From a virus (Duplodnaviria > Caudoviricetes): DNA of 64,000 nt. Made by a program: the position numbers and the translations under genes. Numbering within the stretch: the stretch's first letter is position 1; each line of letters starts with the position of its first letter. Below the pieces are notes generated by a model. The model did not search any database. It saw nothing but the letters and a program-made list of their open reading frames with translations, and was not told the DNA's origin. The stretch lies in the IMG/VR virus record IMGVR_UViG_2597489889_000001, positions 51 to 64,050 of that record; one strand, written 5' to 3'. Shown in pieces: positions 29,901 through 37,550 of the stretch.

Positions 29901-30977
29901 GCTGCTCGGGGTGATGATGGCGCTGGCGATCTTGCCGACGCAGTCAAGGGTTGGACATCCACGGCGGATCTTGCCGTTGAGCGTAAAACCCGAGCCAGCG
30001 AAAATGATGCGATGGCCCAGCAATTGCTGACCTTGGGCGCACAGGTTGGTGACAACAAGTCGTCGCTGACGGTGCTTGAGCAGGTTGTTGCCACCAACCG
30101 CGAAACGTCCGCAACGCAGATCACCCAACTCAAGAGTGACCTGTCTGCGGTTGATCAAAAGGCGATCGGCAATGCCCAAGCGATTAATGGCCTCGACACG
30201 AAGGTCACCAACTTGGACGGGCGGGTCACGGCCCAGGCATCCAGCAATGAATCACTGCGTGCTTCGGTGCGTGGTGACGACGGCGCCGGCGAACTGGCGG
30301 GGGCGTTGAAAGCGTATGAGTCCACCGCAAGTATCGCCCAGCAGATGCGTGTTGAAGCATCTCGCGAATTAGCAACTGCTGAGCGGCTGACTACCTTGCA
30401 GGCCGGGATTGATAGCGCGAAGGGGCTTATTCAGCAGGAGGAGCTGGTAAGAGCCACAGCGATAGAAGTGCAGTCCAAACGGACTGATACGGTCCAGGCC
30501 AGTCTGGGCCAGACCAATGCATCGGTTCAGCAGGTGAGTCAGGTCGTAGCGGGCCTTGACGGCAAGGTATCGGCACAGACAACCATCAAGGCCCAGACCA
30601 ATGTGGACGGAAAGAAAGTAATGGCGGGGCTCGCTCTGGGCAGCGATGGGGAGACGTCCGAAATTCTGGCGTTTGCTCAGCGATTCGCCATTATCGACGA
30701 GGTCAGTGGCGCTGCAACTTTCCCGTTTGTGGTTTCTGGCGGGCAGGTGTTCATTAGTTCGGCAGTAATTAAGACGGGCATGATCACCAATGCCATGATC
30801 GGTAATTACATTCAGTCAAATAACTACGTGGCAGGGGTCAGCGGGTGGAGGCTTTCATTCGACGGTACGTTTGAAATGAACGGGAATATTGCTGGCCTTG
30901 GCACCATGAGGCTAACCAATACATTCCTTAAATTCATTTACGCCAACGGTGTGGTTGGTATTGATCTGAGTCTCTAA
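26982..30977 (+). CDS. Central tail fibre / host-specificity protein J (FN3, coiled coil, DUF1983-like C-terminus)
   Basis: GAKGG N-terminus, YTNNPVWVW, IQSNNYVAGVSGW. Confidence 0.92.
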   Translation: MSKIATAPAAKHRRRPTAARVLGAKGGEQKPYTPYKAPDTALSVATVKLLYALSEGPIVGLVDDKKSVKLNGTPLVSPDGSENFPGTVWDFRPGTVDQEHIPGFPAIENEASQGLPVELKSDNAWTRAITDQQLSAVRIRLSWPQIWQVKTNGDQIGYRIDYAIDLSVDGGSYQTVLSATLDDKGTTEYERTHRIDLPEGFTSALVRVRRLTPNRNDSNFADLMRIKGLTEVIDKKLRYPNLALGGLQFDAKQFQDTPKASFLMRGRIIQVPTNYNPETRTYTGDWNGTFKLAYTNNPVWVWRDLLLHRRYGLGRRITADMVDHWTLYEIGRYCDVMVPDGKGGMQPRMTTNVYIQDSIEGYALLSDLASVFRGSSCWNGSQVTMVADIPGNEDGYVFTRSNIIGEFEMVGAAYPDRHTRAKVAWDNPENEFKTQPAPVTNEELIGALGHRMLDISRFGCTVEGEAIRHGIWALKSEQYEEWSVSFTTGMEGRNVEPGQIICVADETFAGRPNGGRISAATRRVITLDIDAEVHEEDRLILNLPSGKSEGRIVKSVSGRLVTVMADYSELPEAECSWSVESADLAVMRFRVQTIEPQGLHQFKIAATQHEPLKYQAIDTGARIDPQPTSIIPPGVMSPPDNVSIEARSVVSQGIAVTSMRITWDSVPGAIAYNVEWRKDSGNWIRLPRTGSLGAEVEGIYSGRYVARVSSVNAMDVASIWGASPEVMLTGKTGLPPAVSFLTTTSLVYGIGIQWGFPPGAEDTERTELWYSQTADLATAIKLSDFSYPQAKHEMHSLLAGASLFFWARLVDRTGNVGPFFPVPGAVNGQASSDQSEYEKYFADKIGKGALYQSLREEIELITGDGPGSVNERLEEAKQELEDLIKKVSDALAYDPAKPYLKGEIVRLDQRLYQAKGPVPVGATPPDATYWTDIGTIIETTDALVSQVQIIETKIEEIDGKVLATATSVEALRSAARGDDGAGDLADAVKGWTSTADLAVERKTRASENDAMAQQLLTLGAQVGDNKSSLTVLEQVVATNRETSATQITQLKSDLSAVDQKAIGNAQAINGLDTKVTNLDGRVTAQASSNESLRASVRGDDGAGELAGALKAYESTASIAQQMRVEASRELATAERLTTLQAGIDSAKGLIQQEELVRATAIEVQSKRTDTVQASLGQTNASVQQVSQVVAGLDGKVSAQTTIKAQTNVDGKKVMAGLALGSDGETSEILAFAQRFAIIDEVSGAATFPFVVSGGQVFISSAVIKTGMITNAMIGNYIQSNNYVAGVSGWRLSFDGTFEMNGNIAGLGTMRLTNTFLKFIYANGVVGIDLSL

Positions 30978-30978
30978 T

Positions 30979-31284
30979 ATGGTCGGATTAGTAATAAGGG
31001 ATCGCGATACGGGTCTGGTTAAAGTCGATATGACTATGAGTATTAGCCAGACCCAAGGATCAGTGGTTACCAACTCTGCGAATGGTTCAATAGCGATCCC
31101 GGCACCGCCCCCTGGAAAGGTCCAGTTTCCAATCGTCGTTCCTCTTCAGGACAGGCAGCTCGAAAAGGGAAAGGTCCCGTCGGTAACCATATCCAACGGG
31201 GTTCTCTCTTGGATCTACTCGTACAACACCAATGGCTGGGGTAATTTTTCAGCCAATTGCATTATTTACTACGGTTATTATTAA
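30979..31284 (+). CDS. Tail-tip accessory protein downstream of J
   Basis: MVGLVIRD; position after J; AT-richer. Confidence 0.65.
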   Translation: MVGLVIRDRDTGLVKVDMTMSISQTQGSVVTNSANGSIAIPAPPPGKVQFPIVVPLQDRQLEKGKVPSVTISNGVLSWIYSYNTNGWGNFSANCIIYYGYY

Positions 31285-32186
31285 TGGCTAATCTCGTAGT
31301 TAAAAAACAAGATGGCAGTCTTCTGTTTGATACGGCCAAAATTACCTATGGTCTTGTGAAAAGCGGAAACCTGAGCGTCATCGAGACCTGGTGGCGCCGG
31401 AGTTTTAAAGGAGGGAACGTAGATCCTAATTGGGGGGGGAACTGGACAAGCTCAGGTGTAAGTCCTAGCGTTGCCTTGTCAGATGTTATTTATGGCTTCA
31501 CTGTGGTTGGAGCCTCGTCGCCAATCGTGTTTCTCACTGGCAGCGGCTGCTTGCAGGGGACAAAGATTTCCGGCGATTCAATGACTTTTCTTTACACCAA
31601 CGCAAGCGTAAATACTAAGTTCTATTGCTTTGATTTGATGAAGGACGCTATTGCGGGGTCTCCGTACTTGAAAACCCGGCAAACGGACGGTGCAATGACG
31701 TTTAACTCTCTGCAACTGGCCTTGAATGTAGTTGCATCCATTCAAGCGCCTCCGCCGACGGGAACGCAGGAGTCGCAATATCCAATCCCATCGGGTAGCA
31801 GGCCATACGCGAATGCCGTCTTGAATGTTGAGCAGCGCGAAACACCTCCCAGTTACCAGTCAAATATATTTACCGCCAAGGTAACGATTAATATCAAGCC
31901 GGGCGTTGAGTACGCCGCGTACCTTCCCTGGAGTAGGGGGTGTCAGATCTGGTTGTACGGTCTCAATGAGTCGAAGCCGACCTATCGTTATGGGGGGAGC
32001 GAGGGGTGTGGCGGTGTCGTAGGAGGCATTCAGTTTATGTTCGGGCCTGCTGGGGGGACACCTCAAGATCACCCGACGGTTGTGAGTGGTACTCCAATGC
32101 CACCAAACTTTTCGCAAGTTGCAACGGATAGGCTACCGACCGCGTTGGTGATCGAGACGGCCAACCTGCCATTTCCCTTCAACTGA
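31284..32186 (+). CDS. Tail-tip accessory / receptor-binding-associated protein
   Basis: MANLVVKKQDGSLLFDT and internal LKTRQTDGAMTFNS repeat typical of post-J proteins. Confidence 0.65.
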   Translation: MANLVVKKQDGSLLFDTAKITYGLVKSGNLSVIETWWRRSFKGGNVDPNWGGNWTSSGVSPSVALSDVIYGFTVVGASSPIVFLTGSGCLQGTKISGDSMTFLYTNASVNTKFYCFDLMKDAIAGSPYLKTRQTDGAMTFNSLQLALNVVASIQAPPPTGTQESQYPIPSGSRPYANAVLNVEQRETPPSYQSNIFTAKVTINIKPGVEYAAYLPWSRGCQIWLYGLNESKPTYRYGGSEGCGGVVGGIQFMFGPAGGTPQDHPTVVSGTPMPPNFSQVATDRLPTALVIETANLPFPFN

Positions 32187-32241
32187 TTTATTAGCTCAAA
32201 GAGCCCGCCGTGTGCGGGTAATTTTTTGTCTGGAGAAAAAT

Positions 32242-33003
32242 ATGGCTTCTTGGTTTTCAGAAGGAACCGTCACCGTCAATAACGGCAACACCGTTGTGAC
32301 TGGTGTCGGTACGAAGTTTTCAAACTGCCGCTCTGGCGATATGTTTGTCGGTCCAGATAACGGCGTCTATCAGGTTATAAACCCGTCGAGCGATACCTCC
32401 GTGTCGATCTCGCCGGCTTATCGCGGAGCCAATGCCTCCGGCGCGTCCTACGGCATTGTCCCTGTAAACGGCTACCCAAAGGCCCTGGCCGATGCGGTCA
32501 ACCTGATGGTTCAGCAGTGGGGAGCCACGCTCGCAGGACTTGGTCCCGTCTCCAGTATGGCGGTTGTCCCGTTTGCAAATGGTGGTACAGGTACTACCAC
32601 CAAGGCAGCAGCCAAGGTGGCACTGGACCTGGGTACCGCTTCTGCAAAAAACTTTGGCCTTACTAACGGCGACTTGATTCCGGCGGGCGTACTCAGCGGG
32701 ATGTTTTCCAATGTTGCCCCAGACGCCTATCAAATGGACAGACCTGGCGAGCCCGGGCAACAAGGAGCTTTCTACAAGTTTCTGAATAACGGATCTTCGT
32801 CTGGGCTGAGCTACTCAACCCTGATTCGAATTCCGTACAACGTTGGATATGAGGCGCAGATTTTCATTCCTGTGTCGCAAGGCACCGGTTCGCTGCTCTT
32901 CCGCACCACGCCTGGTGCCGCTGGAACCTTCGGCCCCACGTATAGCGTTTACCACACTGGAAACACCACTCGTGCCGCAGACGGCACCTTAAAGGCTATT
33001 TAA
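32242..33003 (+). CDS. Side tail fibre protein
   Basis: SWFSEGTVTVNNGNTVVTGVGTKF N-terminus; LDLGTASAKN; C-terminus GNTTRAADGTLKAI. Confidence 0.8.
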   Translation: MASWFSEGTVTVNNGNTVVTGVGTKFSNCRSGDMFVGPDNGVYQVINPSSDTSVSISPAYRGANASGASYGIVPVNGYPKALADAVNLMVQQWGATLAGLGPVSSMAVVPFANGGTGTTTKAAAKVALDLGTASAKNFGLTNGDLIPAGVLSGMFSNVAPDAYQMDRPGEPGQQGAFYKFLNNGSSSGLSYSTLIRIPYNVGYEAQIFIPVSQGTGSLLFRTTPGAAGTFGPTYSVYHTGNTTRAADGTLKAI

Positions 33004-33558
33004 ATGACTACTCGCGCAGCGGTAAACATTCTAGGCGCAACTGGCGCTGTCATTGACATCGCCTCCCTGGGTGTCGACTCCATTACCACAGAACACCCAG
33101 GCCCCGGCCAGTACCTGGTCTACGGCACGCTCGGGATGGCGCTGGCCCCTGAAGGTTGGGGCTACGTTTTGAACCAGATGGATGCGGCTTGCTCAGTAGC
33201 GATCAGCTACCATGACGGAGTGCTGGCGGTGAGCGTTGCAAAAGACGGTGAGCCTGCAGATCTGGCACACAGTATTACTCTGCATGTGGCAGTTGACGCC
33301 CTGCCGGCCCAGGAGATTCCTCAATTGCCCCCAACTCCAGCCGATCCCCTGGAAGCCGCCCAGGAAGAAATCGCTAAGCTACGTTCAGCCGCCGACTACG
33401 CTATCGCGCCACTTCAGGATGCGGTTGATGTCGACGAAGCCACGGATGCGGAGCTCGCTGCCCTGAAGGTATGGAAGAAGTATCGGCTGGCGCTTAGCCG
33501 AGTGGTCGACCAGGCGGATTATCCGCAATCCATTGAATGGCCCGTCATTCCGGCTTAA
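33004..33558 (+). CDS. Tail fibre assembly chaperone (two-part; Tfa-like C-terminus)
   Basis: IAPLQDAVDVDEAT..E..ALKVWKKYRLALSRV...WPVIP. Confidence 0.85.
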   Translation: MTTRAAVNILGATGAVIDIASLGVDSITTEHPGPGQYLVYGTLGMALAPEGWGYVLNQMDAACSVAISYHDGVLAVSVAKDGEPADLAHSITLHVAVDALPAQEIPQLPPTPADPLEAAQEEIAKLRSAADYAIAPLQDAVDVDEATDAELAALKVWKKYRLALSRVVDQADYPQSIEWPVIPA

Positions 33559-33615
33559 CGGGTACCGCGCACCACCAGCCGCCTTGAGCGGTATTTTTTC
33601 GCCTGGAGAAAAGCC

Positions 33616-34149
33616 ATGCCTATCACCGAGCAGCAAATGCTGCAGATACTCCCGAACGCCGGCCGCAATGCCGGCGTTTTTGTTCCTGTGCTGAATGCGG
33701 CGATGAGTCGACACGCCATTGTCACCCCGCCGCGCATCGCGGCGTTCATCGCCCAGGTCGGGCATGAGTCGGGCCAGTTGCGTTACGTGCGGGAGATTTG
33801 GGGACCAACGCAGCAACAGGCCGGGTACGAAGGTCGTGCCGATCTGGGCAACACCGTGAAGGGTGACGGTTCCAGGTACCGTGGTCGTGGCCTGATCCAG
33901 GTCACTGGGCGTGCCAACTATGCCGCGTGCGGCGAGGCCCTGGGGCTGGACCTGATCAACAAGCCTGAATTGCTTGAGTTGCCCCAGCACGCCGCCATGT
34001 CAGCGGCCTGGTTCTGGTCGACCAAAGGCCTAAACACGCTGGCGGATCAGGGGCAGTTCGCGAAGATCACCCGACGTATCAACGGTGGGCTTACCGGCCA
34101 GGACGACCGCCAGGCGCTGTATGAAAAAGCGCTAAAGATCATGGGGTGA
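33616..34149 (+). CDS. Endolysin, glycoside hydrolase family 19
   Basis: FIAQVGHESG, YRGRGLIQVTGRANY, ITRRINGG. Confidence 0.93.
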   Translation: MPITEQQMLQILPNAGRNAGVFVPVLNAAMSRHAIVTPPRIAAFIAQVGHESGQLRYVREIWGPTQQQAGYEGRADLGNTVKGDGSRYRGRGLIQVTGRANYAACGEALGLDLINKPELLELPQHAAMSAAWFWSTKGLNTLADQGQFAKITRRINGGLTGQDDRQALYEKALKIMG

Positions 34150-34248
34150 AGCTGTCGCAGAAGATCTGCGAAAGGGTCGTGGTACACAAATATGCACTGA
34201 AAGTACTGGCGTTAATTGCGTGAGGTAGTTTTATATCTGTATAAAGCT

Positions 34249-35295
34249 CTACTGGAAATACCTCCTAATTGAAATCGAACCCAACTCGTTAAACCAGAAC
34301 GGGTTGCCGTTGACTTCTACCATCTGATTAATCATCTTGCCCATGAGTCCAGATGGTATTTCGGAGTTTTTTCCCTCTGATACTCGCTGAAACTCACGAG
34401 CCATGCAGAAACTTATGAAGTCAGCTATTTCTAAGAGGAAATGACTTCCGGGTTGAACAAACTTTGGAGGATGGACTGCAATTCCTGCGCACAAATAAGT
34501 GAAAAGTCGAGTGTACTGGAGTCCTAAAAAGCACTCGTCAGCCCATCCCTCTTTTTTCGTTCCGTCTGTTGTGTCTTTAATGTTGTCAAACGTCCATCTT
34601 ATGCCCTTGTTATTTTCTCTGAATATTGATAGCGTGGTAAGTAATGCCTGTTTGTAGATGTCTTGCTTTTGATGTTTTAACGCAGAGGCTCGGTCTTTTT
34701 TGTTTTCTGGTAAAATTATCGCGTTTGAAAAGTTAAATGTTGAAAGGTGCGGCTTTAGGTTTTTAATTAGCTTCGAGAGTTTTTGGCCGTAAAATATTTT
34801 TTCTTGAACACTGCTGAAGCTAAAAACTCTATCTTCTCCGCTATCACTCCAAATTTGAGTGAAGTGGTGGGGCCAAAGCTCTGGTGCCACATCTGGACGT
34901 GCAACTAGTTTTAGCTTTTGAATTTTGTTTTTAGCGATATCGTGCTTGTCCTTGTGCAGTCCGACCAGTGATATGCAAAAGAAGCTAATCTGTTTGCCAT
35001 TGCGGGTTATTATTCTTGCTGCCTCGTCTCCGAATAAATTCCAAGTGCTCTCTTTCTCTTTGATTGGGGTGTTGAAATGAAAGTCTTTTTTGCAATCTAA
35101 GCATGTTATTGGGAATGAGACAGGTACCCAGTGCCCTGAAGCGTCGGATAATTCAATTGGCTCCTTTGGGAAAAGTAAATCCTCAACCCAGTTAATATCA
35201 TTTTTGAAGCCGCAGTAGATGCATGTGGCCTTGACAGTATCTAAATCAACTGGGACGACGCCTGGGTTTTTTCTAAATGGCCTTTTGTCTACCAT
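34249..35295 (-). CDS. AT-rich moron: N-terminal Zn ribbon + DUF3800-like (RNase H-like) domain
   Basis: CIYC...CLDC; acidic FGDE and C-terminal SHFLLEIADFISF pattern; RBS AAGGAGG. Confidence 0.6.
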   Translation of the reverse strand: MVDKRPFRKNPGVVPVDLDTVKATCIYCGFKNDINWVEDLLFPKEPIELSDASGHWVPVSFPITCLDCKKDFHFNTPIKEKESTWNLFGDEAARIITRNGKQISFFCISLVGLHKDKHDIAKNKIQKLKLVARPDVAPELWPHHFTQIWSDSGEDRVFSFSSVQEKIFYGQKLSKLIKNLKPHLSTFNFSNAIILPENKKDRASALKHQKQDIYKQALLTTLSIFRENNKGIRWTFDNIKDTTDGTKKEGWADECFLGLQYTRLFTYLCAGIAVHPPKFVQPGSHFLLEIADFISFCMAREFQRVSEGKNSEIPSGLMGKMINQMVEVNGNPFWFNELGSISIRRYFQ

Positions 35296-35538
35296 ATACA
35301 GATCCTCCTTTTCATAGTTGGTTTCGGCGCCCGAGCTGCGCCAAATACAAAAGTCGGATTTGGCGCTGCATCGATTCTTGCCATAATTTTGCCCGTTGGA
35401 TATGTGGCGTAATATGGCAAGAAAGCTGTCTAATACTAGGTCGGGCTATCCCGGTTTTACAGGCCCTCCCACGCACTTCCTTTCTCATTAGTTTTAGACA
35501 GTGATTGGTTGGAAGCCAATGAACACGTAGTCTTTAGG

Positions 35539-35604
35539 CTACTCAAGCCCATACTGCTGCATCATCGGGGTGTGGGAGGACAGGTCTGAAGTGTTTTTAC
35601 TCAT
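35539..35604 (-). pseudogene. mutS: Orphaned 5' end of mutS (18 native codons, then 3 phage-side codons and a stop)
   Basis: Hand translation MSKNTSDLSSHTPMMQQY-GLE*; HTPMMQQY is the conserved MutS N-terminal motif; location next to the tailocin locus matches the known mutS-cinA site. Confidence 0.88.
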
Positions 35605-35745
35605 TGGGTAGTAGGCAAATTCGTTGAAAGTGATGGGGCAAAGGGGGCGCTTGGCCCAGCATTTTTTGCGATGGCGGCAAGGTTAACACGCGAGGTCGGC
35701 CCTTCGCAGGTCGCAAACGGCTAGGTAAAACGCAAATTAACCCAA

Positions 35746-35773
35746 TAAAAAGCCCGGCACAGGGCCGGGCTTC
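35746..35773 (-). terminator. Intrinsic terminator after the zeta-family pair
   Basis: Minus strand AAGCCCGGCC-ctgt-GCCGGGCTTTTTATT. Confidence 0.75.
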
Positions 35774-35789
35774 GAAAGGCGGTGTGCAA

Positions 35790-35957
35790 TCAAGCTCTTT
35801 TCGCTTCTGCCTTCATCATCACGAGATTCTGCTGCTTGGTCGCTTCAGTCAGAACCTCACTGTAGACGCGCTTTTTCTGCTCGGATTTTGCGTCACGGAT
35901 AAAGTCGGCAAAGGAGCTTTTTGCACCTTTGGACAAGCCCAGCTTGATCGATATCAT
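35790..35957 (-). CDS. Small protein (55 aa) coupled to the zeta-family gene, absent from the ORF track
   Basis: MISIKLGLSKGAKSSFADFIRDAKSEQKKRVYSEVLTEATKQQNLVMMKAEAKRA; TGATG overlap with the upstream stop. Confidence 0.7.
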   Translation of the reverse strand: MISIKLGLSKGAKSSFADFIRDAKSEQKKRVYSEVLTEATKQQNLVMMKAEAKRA

Positions 35958-36463
35958 CAACGCGCTCCTGATGGTGGCCCGAGCTTAGCCGCTAGATCGG
36001 CCGAAATCCCAAGCAAGCATGGGGTTTTGATACACGTACAAGATCTGTACGATCTGCCCTTTCTCAATGAGCGTTCCACATTGCTTCTAGCTATTTCTAG
36101 ATTCGAAAAGGTGCCATCGAGCAGGAAGGATTGTCGTTGATCCAATGCGAGGTCGACGATTTTTTCGACCAAAATAGATACGCCTTGTTGAAACAGCCAC
36201 GAGTTCGCCCCCTGATACGCGGCAAACTCCTTGCGAAGCTCATCGGGGTCGATCTTTAGGATGGGGGTGTCGGCGAACAGGTTCACGAGAGCGATTGAGG
36301 CCTCGGTTTTTCCTGCTCCGGGTGATCCTGCCATGAAGACGGACACCGGTGACTCTTCTGATGGATAGATAGCTTTGTCTGTCAGCCGTTTGGCAATTGA
36401 TTTTTTATTTGAGCGGGCAAAGCGCAGTGCTTCTTCTGAAATATCAATCTCTGCCGGTGTCAT
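35957..36463 (-). pseudogene. Zeta-toxin-family P-loop kinase, frameshifted and apparently internally deleted
   Basis: MAGSPGAGKT, IDPDELR, LLDGTFS; the expected VQILYVYQNPMLAWDF lies in a shifted frame near 36050. Confidence 0.7.
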
Positions 36464-36599
36464 CCTGCCTGCTTCGGGAAATGCGGTCTCTTCAATCAAA
36501 CATCCCCATCTGTTTCGGTGGTGAGGTAGAGACTATCACGCGAGTCCAGCTCCTTTACTGGCCGAAACGTCACTTAATACATCCGTTTTATGTAGATAT

Positions 36600-36613
36600 A
36601 TGCAAATTAGCAT
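36600..36613. promoter_or_regulatory. ATGC-N6-GCAT box upstream of the prtR-like gene (autoregulation candidate)
   Basis: ATGCAAATTAGCAT; same palindrome as three boxes at 37472-37539. Confidence 0.55.
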
Positions 36614-36649
36614 TTGCCAACCTCAAAAACTCCCGTCACTATCCGCGTT

Positions 36650-37384
36650 ATGCAAAAACGCAATGTTTCTATCGTCTTAAGAGAGCTGCTGGATCGCGAC
36701 CGGATCTCCCCCACGGAGCTTCATCGGCGCACCGGCGTGCCTCAATCCACACTGTCCCGGATCCTCAGCGGCAAGATCGTTGATCCGTCGGATAAACACA
36801 TCTCCCGTATCGCCGAGTATTTTCGCGTGAGCACCGACCAACTGCGCGGGCGCGCTGCGGTTGGAGCCTTGCGCGATGACGGGCGCGACCCGATGCATTC
36901 GGAACTCAAGGACATAAGCCTGTGGGACGATGACACCCCCGTCAATGATGACGAGGTGTCGATCCCTTTTCTGCGCGAGGTTGAATTGGCTGCTGGATCA
37001 GGAAGATTCGTCATCGAGGAAAGCGAGAAGGCCAGCCTGCGGTTCGGCAAGCGCAGTCTGCGGCACAACGGCGTGCAGTTCGACCAGGCCAAGTGCGTGA
37101 CGGTACGCGGCAACAGCATGTTGCCGGTATTGCGCGACGGTGCCACGGTTGGCGTGAACGCCGGTAAAAGCGGCATTGGCGATATCGTCGATGGTGATCT
37201 GTATGCCATCAATCACAACGGCCAGCTGCGAGTTAAACAGCTCTACCGCCTGCCTTCCGGGATTCGCCTGCGCAGTTTCAATCGTGATGAGCATCCGGAT
37301 GAGGACTACAGCTTCCAGGATATACAGGATGAGCAGATCAGCATCCTCGGTCATGTTTTCTGGTGGGGCATGTACGCCCGCTAA
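36650..37384 (+). CDS. prtR: PrtR-like tailocin repressor (HTH + S24 autopeptidase)
   Basis: ISPTELHRRTGVPQSTLSRILSGK; VRGNSMLPV; LRVKQLYR; heads the tailocin cluster. Confidence 0.85.
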   Translation: MQKRNVSIVLRELLDRDRISPTELHRRTGVPQSTLSRILSGKIVDPSDKHISRIAEYFRVSTDQLRGRAAVGALRDDGRDPMHSELKDISLWDDDTPVNDDEVSIPFLREVELAAGSGRFVIEESEKASLRFGKRSLRHNGVQFDQAKCVTVRGNSMLPVLRDGATVGVNAGKSGIGDIVDGDLYAINHNGQLRVKQLYRLPSGIRLRSFNRDEHPDEDYSFQDIQDEQISILGHVFWWGMYAR

Positions 37385-37400
37385 CCCCCTCGCGTAAGAC

Positions 37401-37429
37401 GAAACCCGCCTATGAGCGGGTTTTTTTTC
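37401..37429 (+). terminator. Intrinsic terminator after the prtR-like gene
   Basis: AAACCCGC-ctatga-GCGGGTTTTTTTT. Confidence 0.8.
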
Positions 37430-37471
37430 GCCCCGAAAAAACCGGCAAACCCCATGCTGGCAAGGCCTCAA

Positions 37472-37544
37472 ATGCATTCGTGCATTTCCATAGCAAAAAT
37501 AAATGCATTGATGCATTGACTGTATATGCATACATGCATATTCT
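37472..37544 (+). promoter_or_regulatory. Tailocin promoter with three ATGC-N6-GCAT boxes and an SOS-box-like site
   Basis: -35 TTGACT (37516), 17 bp, -10 TATTCT (37539); boxes at 37472, 37503, 37526; CTGTATATGCATACAT (37520-37535) is one mismatch from CTGT-N8-ACAG. Confidence 0.7.
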
Positions 37545-37550
37545 TCACCT

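Larger units (their letters stand above)
1..35552. mobile_element. Defective lambdoid (HK97-like head, lambda-like tail tip) prophage, apparently inserted in the 5' end of mutS; left att lies at or beyond the window start
   Basis: Continuous int-xis-early-CI/Cro-replication-Q-lysis-head-tail-endolysin synteny; right edge abuts the truncated mutS start at 35551-35604. Confidence 0.92.

Noticed and set aside
26982-33558. Diversity-generating retroelement or invertible fibre cassette
   Set aside because: No reverse transcriptase, no template/variable repeat pair, no invertase or flanking inverted sites seen
34202-34211. AGTACTGGCG as a second mutS-like att core
   Set aside because: Only 10 nt, matched to a remembered consensus, and in the wrong orientation; likely chance
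35464-35580. GTGGGAG/CTCCCAC pair as a REP element
   Set aside because: The right copy is mutS coding sequence (SSHT) and the internal REP palindrome is missing
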